The notes under the pieces are model-generated. The model was not told the DNA's origin. It was given only the letters and a program-made list of their open reading frames with translations, and did no database searches. Positions 25,450 to 36,898 of a stretch of DNA of 64,000 nucleotides are shown here, one piece after another. This DNA comes from Chlorokybus atmophyticus (Eukaryota; Plantae; Mesostigma and Chlorokybus algae). The DNA lies in the NCBI GenBank assembly GCA_009103225.1, contig RHPI01003369.1:317500-381499 (forward strand), read 5' to 3'. A program made the position numbers and the translations under genes. The stretch's first letter is position 1; the number at the start of each line of letters is the position of its first letter.

Positions 25450-27800
25450 TGCACAATCATCTCGCAATGAGTTTAAGTTATAGTAGTCATAGTAACGCAG
25501 CGTGGTTGCATATTTTCAACTCATCTAGCATGCTTGCATGCAACCACACCACCATTTGCGTTGCACCCAATGTGCTATACTTGTGTACTTGTGTAGTTTG
25601 AAATTCCCTTAGTAGTTGTATTGTATTCGCTGTTGGTCTGTATTTGGGTCCGGAAAACTATGCGCGCTTATGGGTGCTGTATGCGAAAGTGATAAAGCTG
25701 CGTGTGTTTATTGCACGGCATCAATTCTAATCACTATTTATACCATTACAGCTGTCTTAACACATATGTTCCATTCATTTGATGCCAAAGGCCTTCCTAG
25801 GTGTTGTCACCATCATGGAGTAGGACTTTGCATATTACGCATCCTTCATAAAATACTCAGATTTTACAGTATCCGTGCAAACCCAGATATGCGATTGCAA
25901 CGATGTTAATCTTTATTGAGATTGCTGCAATCTCCCACCTGTAGTTATTAGTTTATGCATTTCTCTCGCTATATATATATACTTATATGGAGTGTTTATA
26001 TGTATATACATTAATGCCAAATGATGACATAGTTATACTATACATGATTCGTGAAACGATATTGATTGTCATGACATGAATAGTATAATAACTTTATGCA
26101 TGCCATGCTATGCTGCAAGGTTGTTTACTTTTGTTACAGAATGTTACATGTGTTTATTAACAAGCAGGTACTATACCCGACATGATGTATGTATGCATAA
26201 CCACATCAATACACATAGTGGCCATTATATCGTACGATACGTAAATAACACCGCGTGTGTAAACATTGATTCAACAATCGTAATATGGTCAACGGCTGTC
26301 ATACATGTTGCTTGGTGTCACACCAATGGTTGCATGGCCTCAATTGCCCTGACGAGATCTTCAGGTTACATTTCTTGAGGAAAACATGCCACACAAACTG
26401 TGTGTGTGTGTGTGCGTGTGTGAGAGAGAGAGAGAGAGAGAAACATGTGTGGATTGTGTTAACTTTTATTATCTATTATTATGTAATCAACTTTTATATA
26501 CTTGGCTGCGTACGCACTTGCATTTCCACTGTCATTGTCACAATGTTATTTGTTTATGTATGGTATACACAATTGAGTTAACAATTCAATTGTTAACTCA
26601 ATGTCTCATGTATACAAGTTGTATACATGAGAAACATTGCAACCACACAATATACACAATAATGCATATTTGATTTGTTTGAGTATCGTTGCTCACTATT
26701 TGTTGCCTTGCTTGCTAAGTATGCGCATGTGTGCATATCACGTGCATTACTACGATTGAACAACCGATACGCGGTTAGCTATAGCGCACAGCAAAAAGCA
26801 AACTTATTCATTTTCTCCATCAACCGTCAACAATATTAGCTATCTAAATTGCACATTCTGCCAATACTTGATAGTAGCGGTCTCTGCATCTAATGTGCCT
26901 GTTTGCTTCATTACGTTGCAGATTATTAATGTAATGTTGATTATAAGCCTTATAGTAAAGTAGGCCACATGTATACATAAGTTTATGTACATGATGAACA
27001 ATTGAAATCGTTGTCACAACGAGGTGAGCACAGATTCCAAACGATATGATATACATCATGTATATTGATACAATATCTTGGATTTTTTTAAATCTCTTAT
27101 TGTTGTTTTCTTCGTATATCCTTCTCGCGTATGTCAATATTTTAAGCCGCCACCAAAGCGTTTTTAGAATGGTTAGCGCAAGCAGCAAAAGCGTTGCATG
27201 CATCATTAGCACAATGCAATTTGCGCAATGCAAGTTCTGAGGCAACTTTCACAACAGACGCTTACAAGTCAATATAGGGCATACAATTCTCATGCTCTAT
27301 GCTCTATACACATTCTTAACATAAACAATCGAATATAAGGCTTTATGCACAGACATTTTTGCTAAGAAAGGCATTTTGAGACAATAACGTGCTCATTGGC
27401 ATCGATAATTTTTGCATGGCATTTTGCGCATAATGTTGCAAAACATAGCTTAATATTAATATTACCAAACTAGTAAGATAGTTCGATACGATGGTTAACT
27501 TTTAATGAATTAAAGTTAATTTATGGGCACAACCGCCACTAAATTAATCCTCTGCGTTGTAATAGATATGCTCGTTGCTATGCAATACTCATTACAACCG
27601 CACTCGCAGCTTGCGCTTGCCTTTATCGCATTTACTTTGGTCGGCCTCGTACGTTAATGTGATTGTAAAATCTATTGTACAATATGTTATACAAATTAAC
27701 AAATCTTAGTAATGTTTTGCAAATTTAAATTTGCATATATGTAAATTTAATCTAATGTTACGAACTGAAAACTGCAATTTCATAAAAGTGGTATTGTGTG
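25450..27800. other. AT-rich intergenic island 1 (possible decayed repeat or TE relic)
   Basis: Abrupt fall in GC relative to the flanking genes, no recognisable ORF, and a compound (TG)n(AG)n microsatellite at about 26399-26440. Confidence 0.6.
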
Positions 27801-29448
27801 TGATGTAAAGGTCAAAAGTAGCATCAATAACGCGCATGGAGAAAACTACTTGGCTATGCAGAAGATTACTTGGCTCTATCACATTTACAGCTGGTGCAGG
27901 CTGCCTTGCCAGGCCTTGCGATAACTTTTGCAGCGCCACCTGGTGTGCCTGGCAGGCTACAAAACCAAACGGGTAAAGTTGCGCGCCAGCAACTGCGCGC
28001 CAGAGCATGCTTATGCCAGAGCCCCGTTGAGGAGTGCTTCAGGGCGTTTATATAACGCGCCGAGGTGGTAGGCAGGCTGTGGATCTGCTCCTCGTGTTGT
28101 GCGCGCCAACCTGTGCACGCTCCAGGCTTTGCCTTTGTTAATATTTGCGCGCTGAGCCGTGGGTCAACCCCTCCCACAACAACCCATTGCGCCCCAGATA
28201 TACACCGCTGAGCGCTCACATACCGCCGATAGGGAGCGCGTTCAGGCCGACCTAGGTGGGCCTGTGCGCTTGATGGCGCGCTCATAGAACGCCGAGCTTG
28301 GCCTAGTTGAAGGCTAGGAGGTGGATTCTATTGGTGTTTAGCATGGATCAGAGCACAAGATGGCCACGCGTAATGGTACGACACATGCAGCCGTTGGCTC
28401 CCGTCGTGCGAGTCACATGCGACACACATGGACATTGCAAGCGTTGGCGCCGGATCACGTAACGCAGTTGTGGACGGGACGTCAGCGTAATCGGCAGCCG
28501 CCTTCATCTTTGATGGAGGTAGGCAGCAGTCCCGTATGCAGTGACGGCATACGGGCCTGCTGCGCTCTGCCGCTCTGACGACAAACTTTGGCATTGATGA
28601 TGTCAACATGCAAGAATGTCAGGTGGAATAGATACACGACCAATGAGTCGCCTGCGAGCATGAATGCGCGCAAGACTTGGTAGCTAGCGAATATGGCTGC
28701 GTGCAAGCAGCTCAGTCGGGGGCCATCACCCCCTGGACCGCTTGCAGAACCGCCTGCGGGCACATCAGACGATAAGGATCTGCGGCGACCTCGTCCTCAT
28801 CCTCCAGAACACGGCTGCTCCGGAGTTGCGGTATCTCAGAGTATATCAAGACCGTAACTGCAAGGACCGGGACACGCTGTCACGGCGTGTTCCGTTGCAA
28901 ACGCAAGCATGTGACAGGCGTAACCGCACGCACCATCCCACCTTCTTTTGTCCTGTTCCCCGCGTTGCCACTTTGCCAGTGTCATGTCACTGGTCAAAGG
29001 CTTCAGTCAATACATCGTTTGAGGTGATGGCAGCAATGCACTGTCGGTGTCGACTCTGAGTGGGAGAGAATGCAGAATGCAGGTGGGGAGGAGACTAAAA
29101 ATTTTGTGAGGAAAATTTGCGGCTGCATGGGCGGGCCGCCCGGGCCGGACCAGGCCGGCGGCGGCAGACAATGCTGCTGCTGTTGGTCCGGGCAGGCCGC
29201 AGTGCGGGAGAGGGGGCGAAGACGACGAGGTGGCGGCGGCGGGCGCCGCTGGCCCTGTCGCTGATTTTAGCGTGTTGACGTGCCCTGGAGAGCTTTGTGT
29301 AGGCAGTGCGGGGTAGTGTAGTGTAGTGCAGTGCAGTGTAGTTTAGCAGAACATCTGTGTTGTGGCTAGGCTGTCTGACTGCTGGCTGCCCAGCCCAGGG
29401 GGTCTGTTAGTGTAGTGTAGTTGGGCTTGGAGGTGCCACGGTGCTGCT

Positions 29449-29481
29449 GGGGTGGGCCGGGGTGGGCTGGGGTGGGCTGGG
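29449..29481 (+). promoter_or_regulatory. Putative G-quadruplex motif upstream of the bHLH CDS
   Basis: GGGGTGGGCCGGGGTGGGCTGGGGTGGGCTGGG: seven tracts of three or more G with 1-2 nt loops. Confidence 0.5.
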
Positions 29482-30320
29482 TCCATGCTTGCTTGCAAGC
29501 CGAGCGCCGTGCTGTTGAAGACTACCATTGCCTACCTAGGGCTTGCTCGCTGATTAACCGCTGCTTTGCCGAGCAGTGACAACCAGGCTGCGTCAAGCTT
29601 CTATAACTACCGTGCTGGTGGGTTAAGCTGTTGCAGTCGACATGAGTCAGTAGTAGCTGCGTGTGCCTTGGCTCCATGTTGACCGTGTTACTTCAGGTTG
29701 ACTACATATCAGCCTGCACTTTGTCCCTTGGTCAATTGGTTCTTTGGTGTCGCTTATTCTATTCTTCCACTGCATGACGGCATTCTCAGGCAACGCTGTG
29801 CATCCAGCTTTAGGCGTGGTGAAGAGCTTTCCCTCAACTCTAAAGCGCATGTGCACCCAATGACGCTCGTTGGGCGGTTTTCTGAGCGCCTGCGCACCAG
29901 CTAGCCAGATCACCTTTATCGTCAGGCACAGGGAGCTTGTAGGGGCCAACGCAGCATCGCAGCCAACCGTGTATTGCAAAGTAGACCGCAGTCCTTCGTC
30001 CAGTGCACACAAGAGCGACGGTCAAGCAAGACTGCTGCAACTTACGGATTAGTAGGGACACTGCACGCAGCGGCTAGTCGTCTACCTCATACGCAGCCCA
30101 CAAGCGCAGTTTGACAGACGACCATTGCTGAAACGCCTGGGCACATCTGCGCATTGACGATCATATTAGGAATATATTCGAGAGCTTGACAGGCCCAAGC
30201 GCTGATTCCAACAAAGGCTCTCACTGCACATCAGGCCACATTTTACCGTGTCACAACAGCTGGTCGCTGAGGGCGACACACGCTGCCTCGCCTCAGCGAA
30301 TGGTTGGGCAGGTCTTTGCG

Positions 30321-32104
30321 ATGGCAGCACAACGCTCGCATGTCCCCTTTGATGCTTTCTTGAAGCCCGAGCCAGCACTGATGGAGGACATGACGAACGA
30401 GGATCCCCTGCTGGACATTCTCAACTTTATAGACCAGGTATTGTGGCGCACGTGGTCAGCCTTGCTCTGTTGCCTTCAATTTGAACAGGCACAGTTGTTT
30501 TGCGCTCAACTGTCGCCATTGCTACCTTGGTGTTGTTCTCGCTTGTGCATGCAATTTACACCCAAAGGCTGGTTCTGACGACATCTGATTTGCATGCAGG
30601 ATGATGGTAGTTCCCTTGATTTCGTCATGCAGTCCGCAACGAGTACAGCGACCAGCCTGTTGCTCTCTAGTCAAACCTCACCAATCCGGGGCCAGACACC
30701 CCAACAACCGTCACAACCACCGCTGGCAGTGCAGCTGCCAGTAGTCAGCCAACAACAGGCAGAGCAGCGTCTCACACAGTTGCTGCAACAACAACGACTA
30801 CAGCAGCTACCAACCGCGTTGCAACAACCGCCGTTAACACGACCCCCGCAGGTGATCCAACAGACACAGGCGCAGACACAGCTACAATTCAGGCAGCAAG
30901 TGCTGCAACAGCAGCAGATTTTAGCGCAACGACAGCAGGCGATGCGTGCACAACTGCCACCTCAGACTTTGGTGTCGCCCAAGATGCAGATTCCGCAGTA
31001 CATTACTGGTGCTGCTGCAGGACCTTTGGCAGGGTTTGGAGCAGAAACTGATAGGCAAGTACTGCAGAACATGATGGGCTGGCACAACCAGCAGCGCACC
31101 GCGGCATTGTCTCCAACTACCAACGTCTCATCCCCCCCAGGCCCTATTAGCCAGGTACGAACTGCTGCTGCAATGCCCTGTGCCGAGCTTTGCTGACGCG
31201 CCTCTGTTGTTTAGTTGCCTTTGAAGATATCCCCAGGCAAGAAGATCATCAAGGATAGCAATGGCATGATCAAGCTCACTCGCGATCGGGCTGTTGAAGA
31301 GCAAGGGCGCAGGAAGCGAATGAACGAATTATACGATATGCTCCGCAACCTGCTACCCATCGGTGATAAGGCCACAAAAGAGGGCGTCCTTGATGACACC
31401 ATTGAATATGTTCGCAGCATGCTTGAAAGGCCCAAGACAAGCACTTCGGTGAGTCAACTGTCATAGGTGCTTGAACAGGTTGCTGTTTAAGCATCATGAT
31501 GATGCCACGACTGACTTGTCGTTCCTCGACAGTCTAGCAGTGAAGATGGCAACATGCTGAGCTGGGCGGGGCCCGTTCGTGAAGGCGACTTCTACCCTGG
31601 TCAAGAGGTACCCCACCAGCATGCACAGCACGCCAGTTTGTTGCAGCGAGGAGCAACGCTTGCTGACTTCCTTGGTATGCAGGTCATTGTCCAAGACTTG
31701 CTCGGAGGAAGGGTAGTCGTCAAAGTCTGCTGCAAAGATAAACCTGGGATCTTGCCTGAGCTGCTGAGTTGCTTTAGCGACGAAGGCGTGTCGGTCTTGC
31801 AAGCACACATTGCCACAGTTGACGGCTTGCTGAAACATGCTTTCTATGTCAAGTCAGAGACCAATGACACCATCATCAACGACAAATTGCAACAAGCGCT
31901 GCAGGTACGTCATCACCAACTTGAGTTTCGCTTGCAGCTTACATGCTACGTCCCTTGCTTAACTTAGCTGTGTGACTGCAGAACGTTATCAATGCTGGTT
32001 GTGCTGTAATGGAGACTACAAGCAGCAAGCGTCCACACACGGAAAGCATCCAGTCTGCGTCTTCGTCATCCGGCATGTCTGGGTCGGATGACGCATCTCA
32101 ATAA
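30321..32104 (+). CDS. bHLH transcription factor with a Q-rich N-terminal region and a C-terminal ACT-like domain (6 exons)
   Basis: bHLH segment RAVEEQGRRKRMNELYDMLRNLLP..KATKEGVLDDTIEYVRSM. ACT-like segment VVVKVCCKDKPGILPELLSCFSDEGVSVLQAHIATVDGLLKHAFYVK. All splice phases check out. Confidence 0.85.
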
Positions 32105-33267
32105 ACAAGCCGGAAGATCGGTTACATTCTGATGTTCCGCTGTGCGAAGAGGCCAACAAGGCAACCCCGCACATTTCCCTTTGGAGTACTACTATTGTAC
32201 CACCAAACTGATTATGGCTTCTGCAACCAGAAGTTGCACTACCAATAACAATCAAAGATACCAATAAACGCCTGTGCCGGCTTCGTAGGCACCTTTTGCC
32301 CCGCCCGAGTTTGTAGTTATATCAAACCCCTCCCTTCCCCTGCGGTGTGTTCGAATAAAGCGCCCGCCGTTGCTACAAGCCGCGGGCGCCTTCAATAAAC
32401 GCTGCTCGGCTCCGCTTTTAGATGGACCGCAGCAGTCTGCGCACTGGTTATTTCTGTTGACATTACAAGATTCAAGTTGCATTTTGTCACAAGCCAGGAC
32501 GCCACCAACGCAAGTGAGCGTTGCGCGTTGCTTCGCGCCGCTCCCTGCATTTTGGACCATAGTACCAAACAATAACCGAATATTAGGAGTAGCAACACAA
32601 AGCTTGATTATTTGGCAGCCTGCCTCTGCGTGCATGCGTATCTGAATGCCTGCATTGAAGGACAACAATGCATGTGTTCCATGTAAGCACTCGCAGTGAT
32701 GCCTTCATTTGGTTGTATGTACACGATGCGCAACAGAATGTGTGCATATGGTTGTTGCAAATGCTTTTGGCTGTCTTAGTGATTGCAGCATGCTCTGTGC
32801 CTCTTATCGCATAGGTCTGCTTACAAAAGACCAACAAATCGCGGTCATGCCGTCGTGCTGGCAGCGCCCAGCAGGACATTGTGTTTTGGCTTGCATGGTC
32901 TGTGCTGGCTAGAGATAGTATATAGCCTAAAGCGCACATCTATGATCAAGCCTATTGGCCAATTCATCACAAGGCAAGCCAGTAGTGATGTACGCCAAAG
33001 AATTATTCCTACCAATCCGTGTTGCATACTACTATGGCGAACACAGTTGCTCAGGTACATTGTCATGTCGACTCCACACAGCTCGCTCTGTAAGCTGTCG
33101 AACCAGTCTGCGTGGTACCTCATTAGCTTCATTGTTCAGCAGAGCATAATGGCAACTATGAAAGGCCACGCTTGAGTATGCACAGGCCGCAACAATGCAT
33201 GGCACAATGTGCGCCAAAACATGTCACAACCTGTTAACTGAAGTATTGTAAAGTAATCAACACTAAG

Positions 33268-33848
33268 TCAGAGTCCTCGTCGACTCAGTGCAGACACAAG
33301 AGAGCCCAAAACGGAGTCCACAGTGCTGTTCCAACGCCTGATGAGCTCCGCGCGATCTTTGTGAAGAAACAGAGGAGGCGGGTCCTGTACACCCCACAAA
33401 CGCTTCATGTAATGGCCACGAGAACAGTCAAATTGCCACAAAGGTGTTGCTACACCACTTGTGTGCACGCAAAAGATCACCAGCACAGCAGACCTCTCAG
33501 CACAGAAGCATGCCAGACATGCAGACACAGCAAGTAATACGACCACGAATTACTATGTCCAAGTTTCAATTGAAACAATAAACAATAGTTAGACCGCATA
33601 GCACAAACCTTTACAACGCTGGCGTGTGCGGGTGCGGCGTTGGGCCCGGAATATGCATCAGCAAGGTCGGCGGCACTGCGCCATATGTTTTTGTGCGTGT
33701 AAACGTATGAGCCAGCGCACACAGCGGATCCCAACAGGAAGCCGAGCACCCGTTCCTGGATTAGAGGCAGGAGAACATCACAAGCATGCACTCTAAGAGA
33801 GAGTGATAAACGAGAGCGCATGCAGTGGTCAGCTTGCACTTTTTCCAT
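33268..33848 (-). CDS. Small (about 90 aa) single-TM protein, candidate MICOS subunit Mic12/MIC13 (QIL1)-like (3 exons)
   Basis: Spliced product MEK-ERVLGFLLGSAVCAGSYVYTHKNIWRSAADLADAYSGPNAAPAHASVVK-DPPPLFLHKDRAELIRRWNSTVDSVLGSLVSALSRRGL*. Clear GT-AG sites for exons 2 and 3; the first exon is less certain. The family call is inference. Confidence 0.7.
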
Positions 33849-33879
33849 TACGAAGGTTCAGATGTGTAAGGCCTGTTAC

Positions 33880-35800
33880 AACAGCAAGTCGAGATTTAAC
33901 TATCTATTGTCCCTTGTCATGTTTGTTTTGTGAAGGTGCCCCGTCAAACAAACAATCAATACAAACAAACAATTAATACTTCATAATGTAGCATGGTAAG
34001 GTTACGAGATTAGCAATCAGTAGCAAGAAACAGGTGTTACTACGACCACAATTTACTGCTCAGTAGAATACCGTGCGCTACTCTCACATTGACAGAGCAT
34101 GGAAGTAGGTGACAAAACATGCGCTAGTGCTCGAGGCAAAAGAAGCAGGGCAATAAGAACACTGCAATAAAAAGCTAAGAGTACTATCTTTGACAAGATA
34201 CTACACTGTTATTATAGCTGGTCATGCACGTGTATAATATTTCAGTTTTTACGCACATGCTATGCTGGTTATTCTTGATCGGTTATGACGCGCACGACTC
34301 TCTCATTGAAAAGGAACTTGTATCTATACTATAGCGAGTCGACGCCATATGACGAGTACAATAAAAAGCTGTGAGTATTATCTTTGACACAACCCAACTC
34401 ACTTGCGTGATGATACTCGCCATGGTAGGGAGATCGACGCAACTCACACAAAAAACTGCAGCAGGTTGTTCAGTAGCACAAAACCCTCATTGGCAGCTCG
34501 CTCCACAGACAGAAGGAAGCTCGTCTGCCAGATGAGCGCAGCAAAAGTCAGAGACCCACCCCACCCCTTATGCAAACCAGGAACACTACTTACGATGAAG
34601 CATGCATGGGCTTTGTTGGATGAGCAGCACGACAACCCATCAACATCAGTACTTAAAAGCTCAACACACTGAAGCGTTGAGAGCTACCTGTGGAGTAATG
34701 CACCAGGACTGTGGCAGGACGACGGCGAAAACGAGCTACAACCCGAAATGCAAAAATTTAATCTTATGCCAGGAAAAAAGACAGTAATAAGGCAGTCAGC
34801 GGTGCGCTAGCAGAGGTGCCCAACACGCCGCCACCGCCGCCGCCGCCGTCAACGACACCGGCGTTGCCAGCAGTACAAATCTTGACTCGGAGTAAGAATG
34901 AACAGTCCCTGAAACGCCCCTCACTATCTTCATGAGAGTTGAGACTACAACCTGGGAGTCCAACTTGGGGGTACTCTTCTCATCATGTCGTAAGAATTTC
35001 ATGGTCAAACTGGTGAAAGAGTTATCCCAGCAAGGGGGTCCTGATGATCGTGACGACCAAGCCATGATACATTGTTATTATAGCTGATCTTGCATCTGTA
35101 TCATATTTTAGTATTATCGCACACATCATAACAATTTTTGAAATTAAACAAAAGTATCACGAACACGCTTAATTGTTGAGGCATGTTTGTAATAACATTT
35201 CTTCGTGTATGAAGAAGAAGTGTCGTATAACTTTGCTATCAAGCATAACAAGTAGAAGCAATAAGCAGTGTTATTGATAAGCACTTCAAGCGTTTATCAA
35301 TACGAGTCGTATATACATGCATATGTATATGTACTGGTTACGAGGTCATGTGTTATGACAGTTGCTTTAAAAATAAACGCTTAATTACTCGAATCATCGA
35401 CAATAGAGATTGAATGTGTGAAGTGCATATTTTTGTGTTTGATGAACTCAATAAACTATGAAATATTTGTATCAAATGAAGTAAGCTTTATTGCTGTAAT
35501 GAATACTTGTTTGTTGTACCGTACAAAAATGTGCACACTTATGCGCAATAACAACAAGACAATTGCTGCGCAGCGATTATCATAAGAAGGTTGTGGCGCG
35601 ACAACCTTTTTTGGCTAACCAACATCCAACAAATAGAGTAAATATGCATGTAATTATCACGTTTGTTACACCATTCGCGACTGCAGCATCACACTAGCAT
35701 ACCACATAGCACTTTGAAAGGGGTGTAGAGTAAGTGAAGGCGACACCCTCCATTATCATTAACATACAAGCGACCGCTGTCAATGCTGCCACCATACCTA
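33880..35800. other. AT-rich intergenic island 2 with internal direct repeats and a terminal hairpin
   Basis: Low GC; degenerate direct repeats 34165-34195/34359-34389 and 34202-34257/35068-35123; hairpin at 35587-35608. Confidence 0.6.
34403..35100 (+). pseudogene. Decayed coding-like fragment of unknown origin, interrupted by stops and frameshifts
   Basis: GC-richer segment inside an AT island. It contains protein-like runs (TMKHAWALLDEQHD..., NLDSE*E*TVPETPLTIFMRVETTTWESNLG...) broken by TAA/TAG/TGA codons that C-to-T change from CAA/CAG/CGA would explain. Confidence 0.3.
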
Positions 35801-36337
35801 CATGCTTAACAACAGACAATCAACCCAACCCAACACGCACACCCCGTCATGCTAAGCAAGCGCGGCGTTTGCCTCAGTAGGCGGAGGACCTTGCGGCACA
35901 TGACCCTCCCCGCACCGCGCGGCTCCTGGCTCCAAGATCGCTATCGCCTGCTCGCTGCAAGGCGCATGCCACACGCTCATGACAGATGCGGATGTGGATG
36001 AAGCCCTGTAGACGCCGTTGCTCCGCCCCGCGCACTGTGGCGATATGACGCGCACACACACGCAACATATGCTGAAAGTCCTCTCTTAGCGTCACTTACC
36101 TCACAACTACATAACACACAAAAGTTGCACGTGGCAAAACCCGAACTAAGTGGCAGTTAGGCAAAGACAAGCAAGCAGTCATGCAATAACATGGGGGCCA
36201 AGGCAGAGCTATGCACAGCTTACTCTAAACAAACACAACTATTAGCTCAATGCTAAAATTCTCAGGCAGGAGCAGGTGGGCGCGTGTACATCAGCAAGCG
36301 ACGGACAGCAACCCTCACCCAACCATCTGCATAGTGT

Positions 36338-36365
36338 AGAGGAGAGGAGAGGAGAGGAGAGGAGA
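36338..36365. repeat. (GGAGA)n pentanucleotide repeat
   Basis: agaggagaggagaggagaggagagg. Confidence 0.85.
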
Positions 36366-36898
36366 AGTAGGCTGAGGTTAGCTTAGTCCACCCAGCGCCT
36401 GCATGCATGACAACAAGGACAACGACATCGGCAGGAGGACGCTGCAACTTGGCCCCCGCCGCTGCTGCAGTCCGTTGCGCGAACTTACATACAAGGTGCA
36501 TGTGCATGCGACTTCAATTGCCATGCATGCATGCATGCATGTCTAACAGGGGGACAGTAGTGGTAGAATTAGAGGTAGTCAGTAGGTAGCATGCAGGCGC
36601 CTTGTCCCGGTGGTTGATGTGCTGAGTGTTGTGGTGTGTACATACAATGCGATCGGCAATGTGTTGCATTGCATGCGCAATGCACATTTTGCCATGTGCA
36701 TTGCGCATGTGCATGTGACCTTCAATAACTATAATGTATACCCTATGCAATACCATATTTTCCACGCTGATTTTACCATATCACTGTGTGTAGCTGTGTG
36801 TGATCATGGCGGTATACAACTGCAACTACAATTACACAATTGGGACATGATAACTAACCAAATTGTACGAGTGGTACATCAGTAAACAAGTGTAACAG

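Noticed and set aside
28328-29060. Minus-strand small spliced gene divergent from the bHLH
   Set aside because: The best splice model (ATG 28985, intron 28858-28941) gives only a 21-aa peptide with no recognisable motif. A lncRNA cannot be excluded without RNA data.
35584-35612. Bacterial Rho-independent terminator or HGT signal
   Set aside because: No bacterial-type ORF lies upstream and the context is eukaryotic. It is kept only as a possible TE-end hairpin.
35852-36600. Minus-strand ORFs with splice-like signals downstream of APH1
   Set aside because: No consistent start-to-stop model and no recognisable domain. It could be APH1 3' UTR or non-coding transcript.
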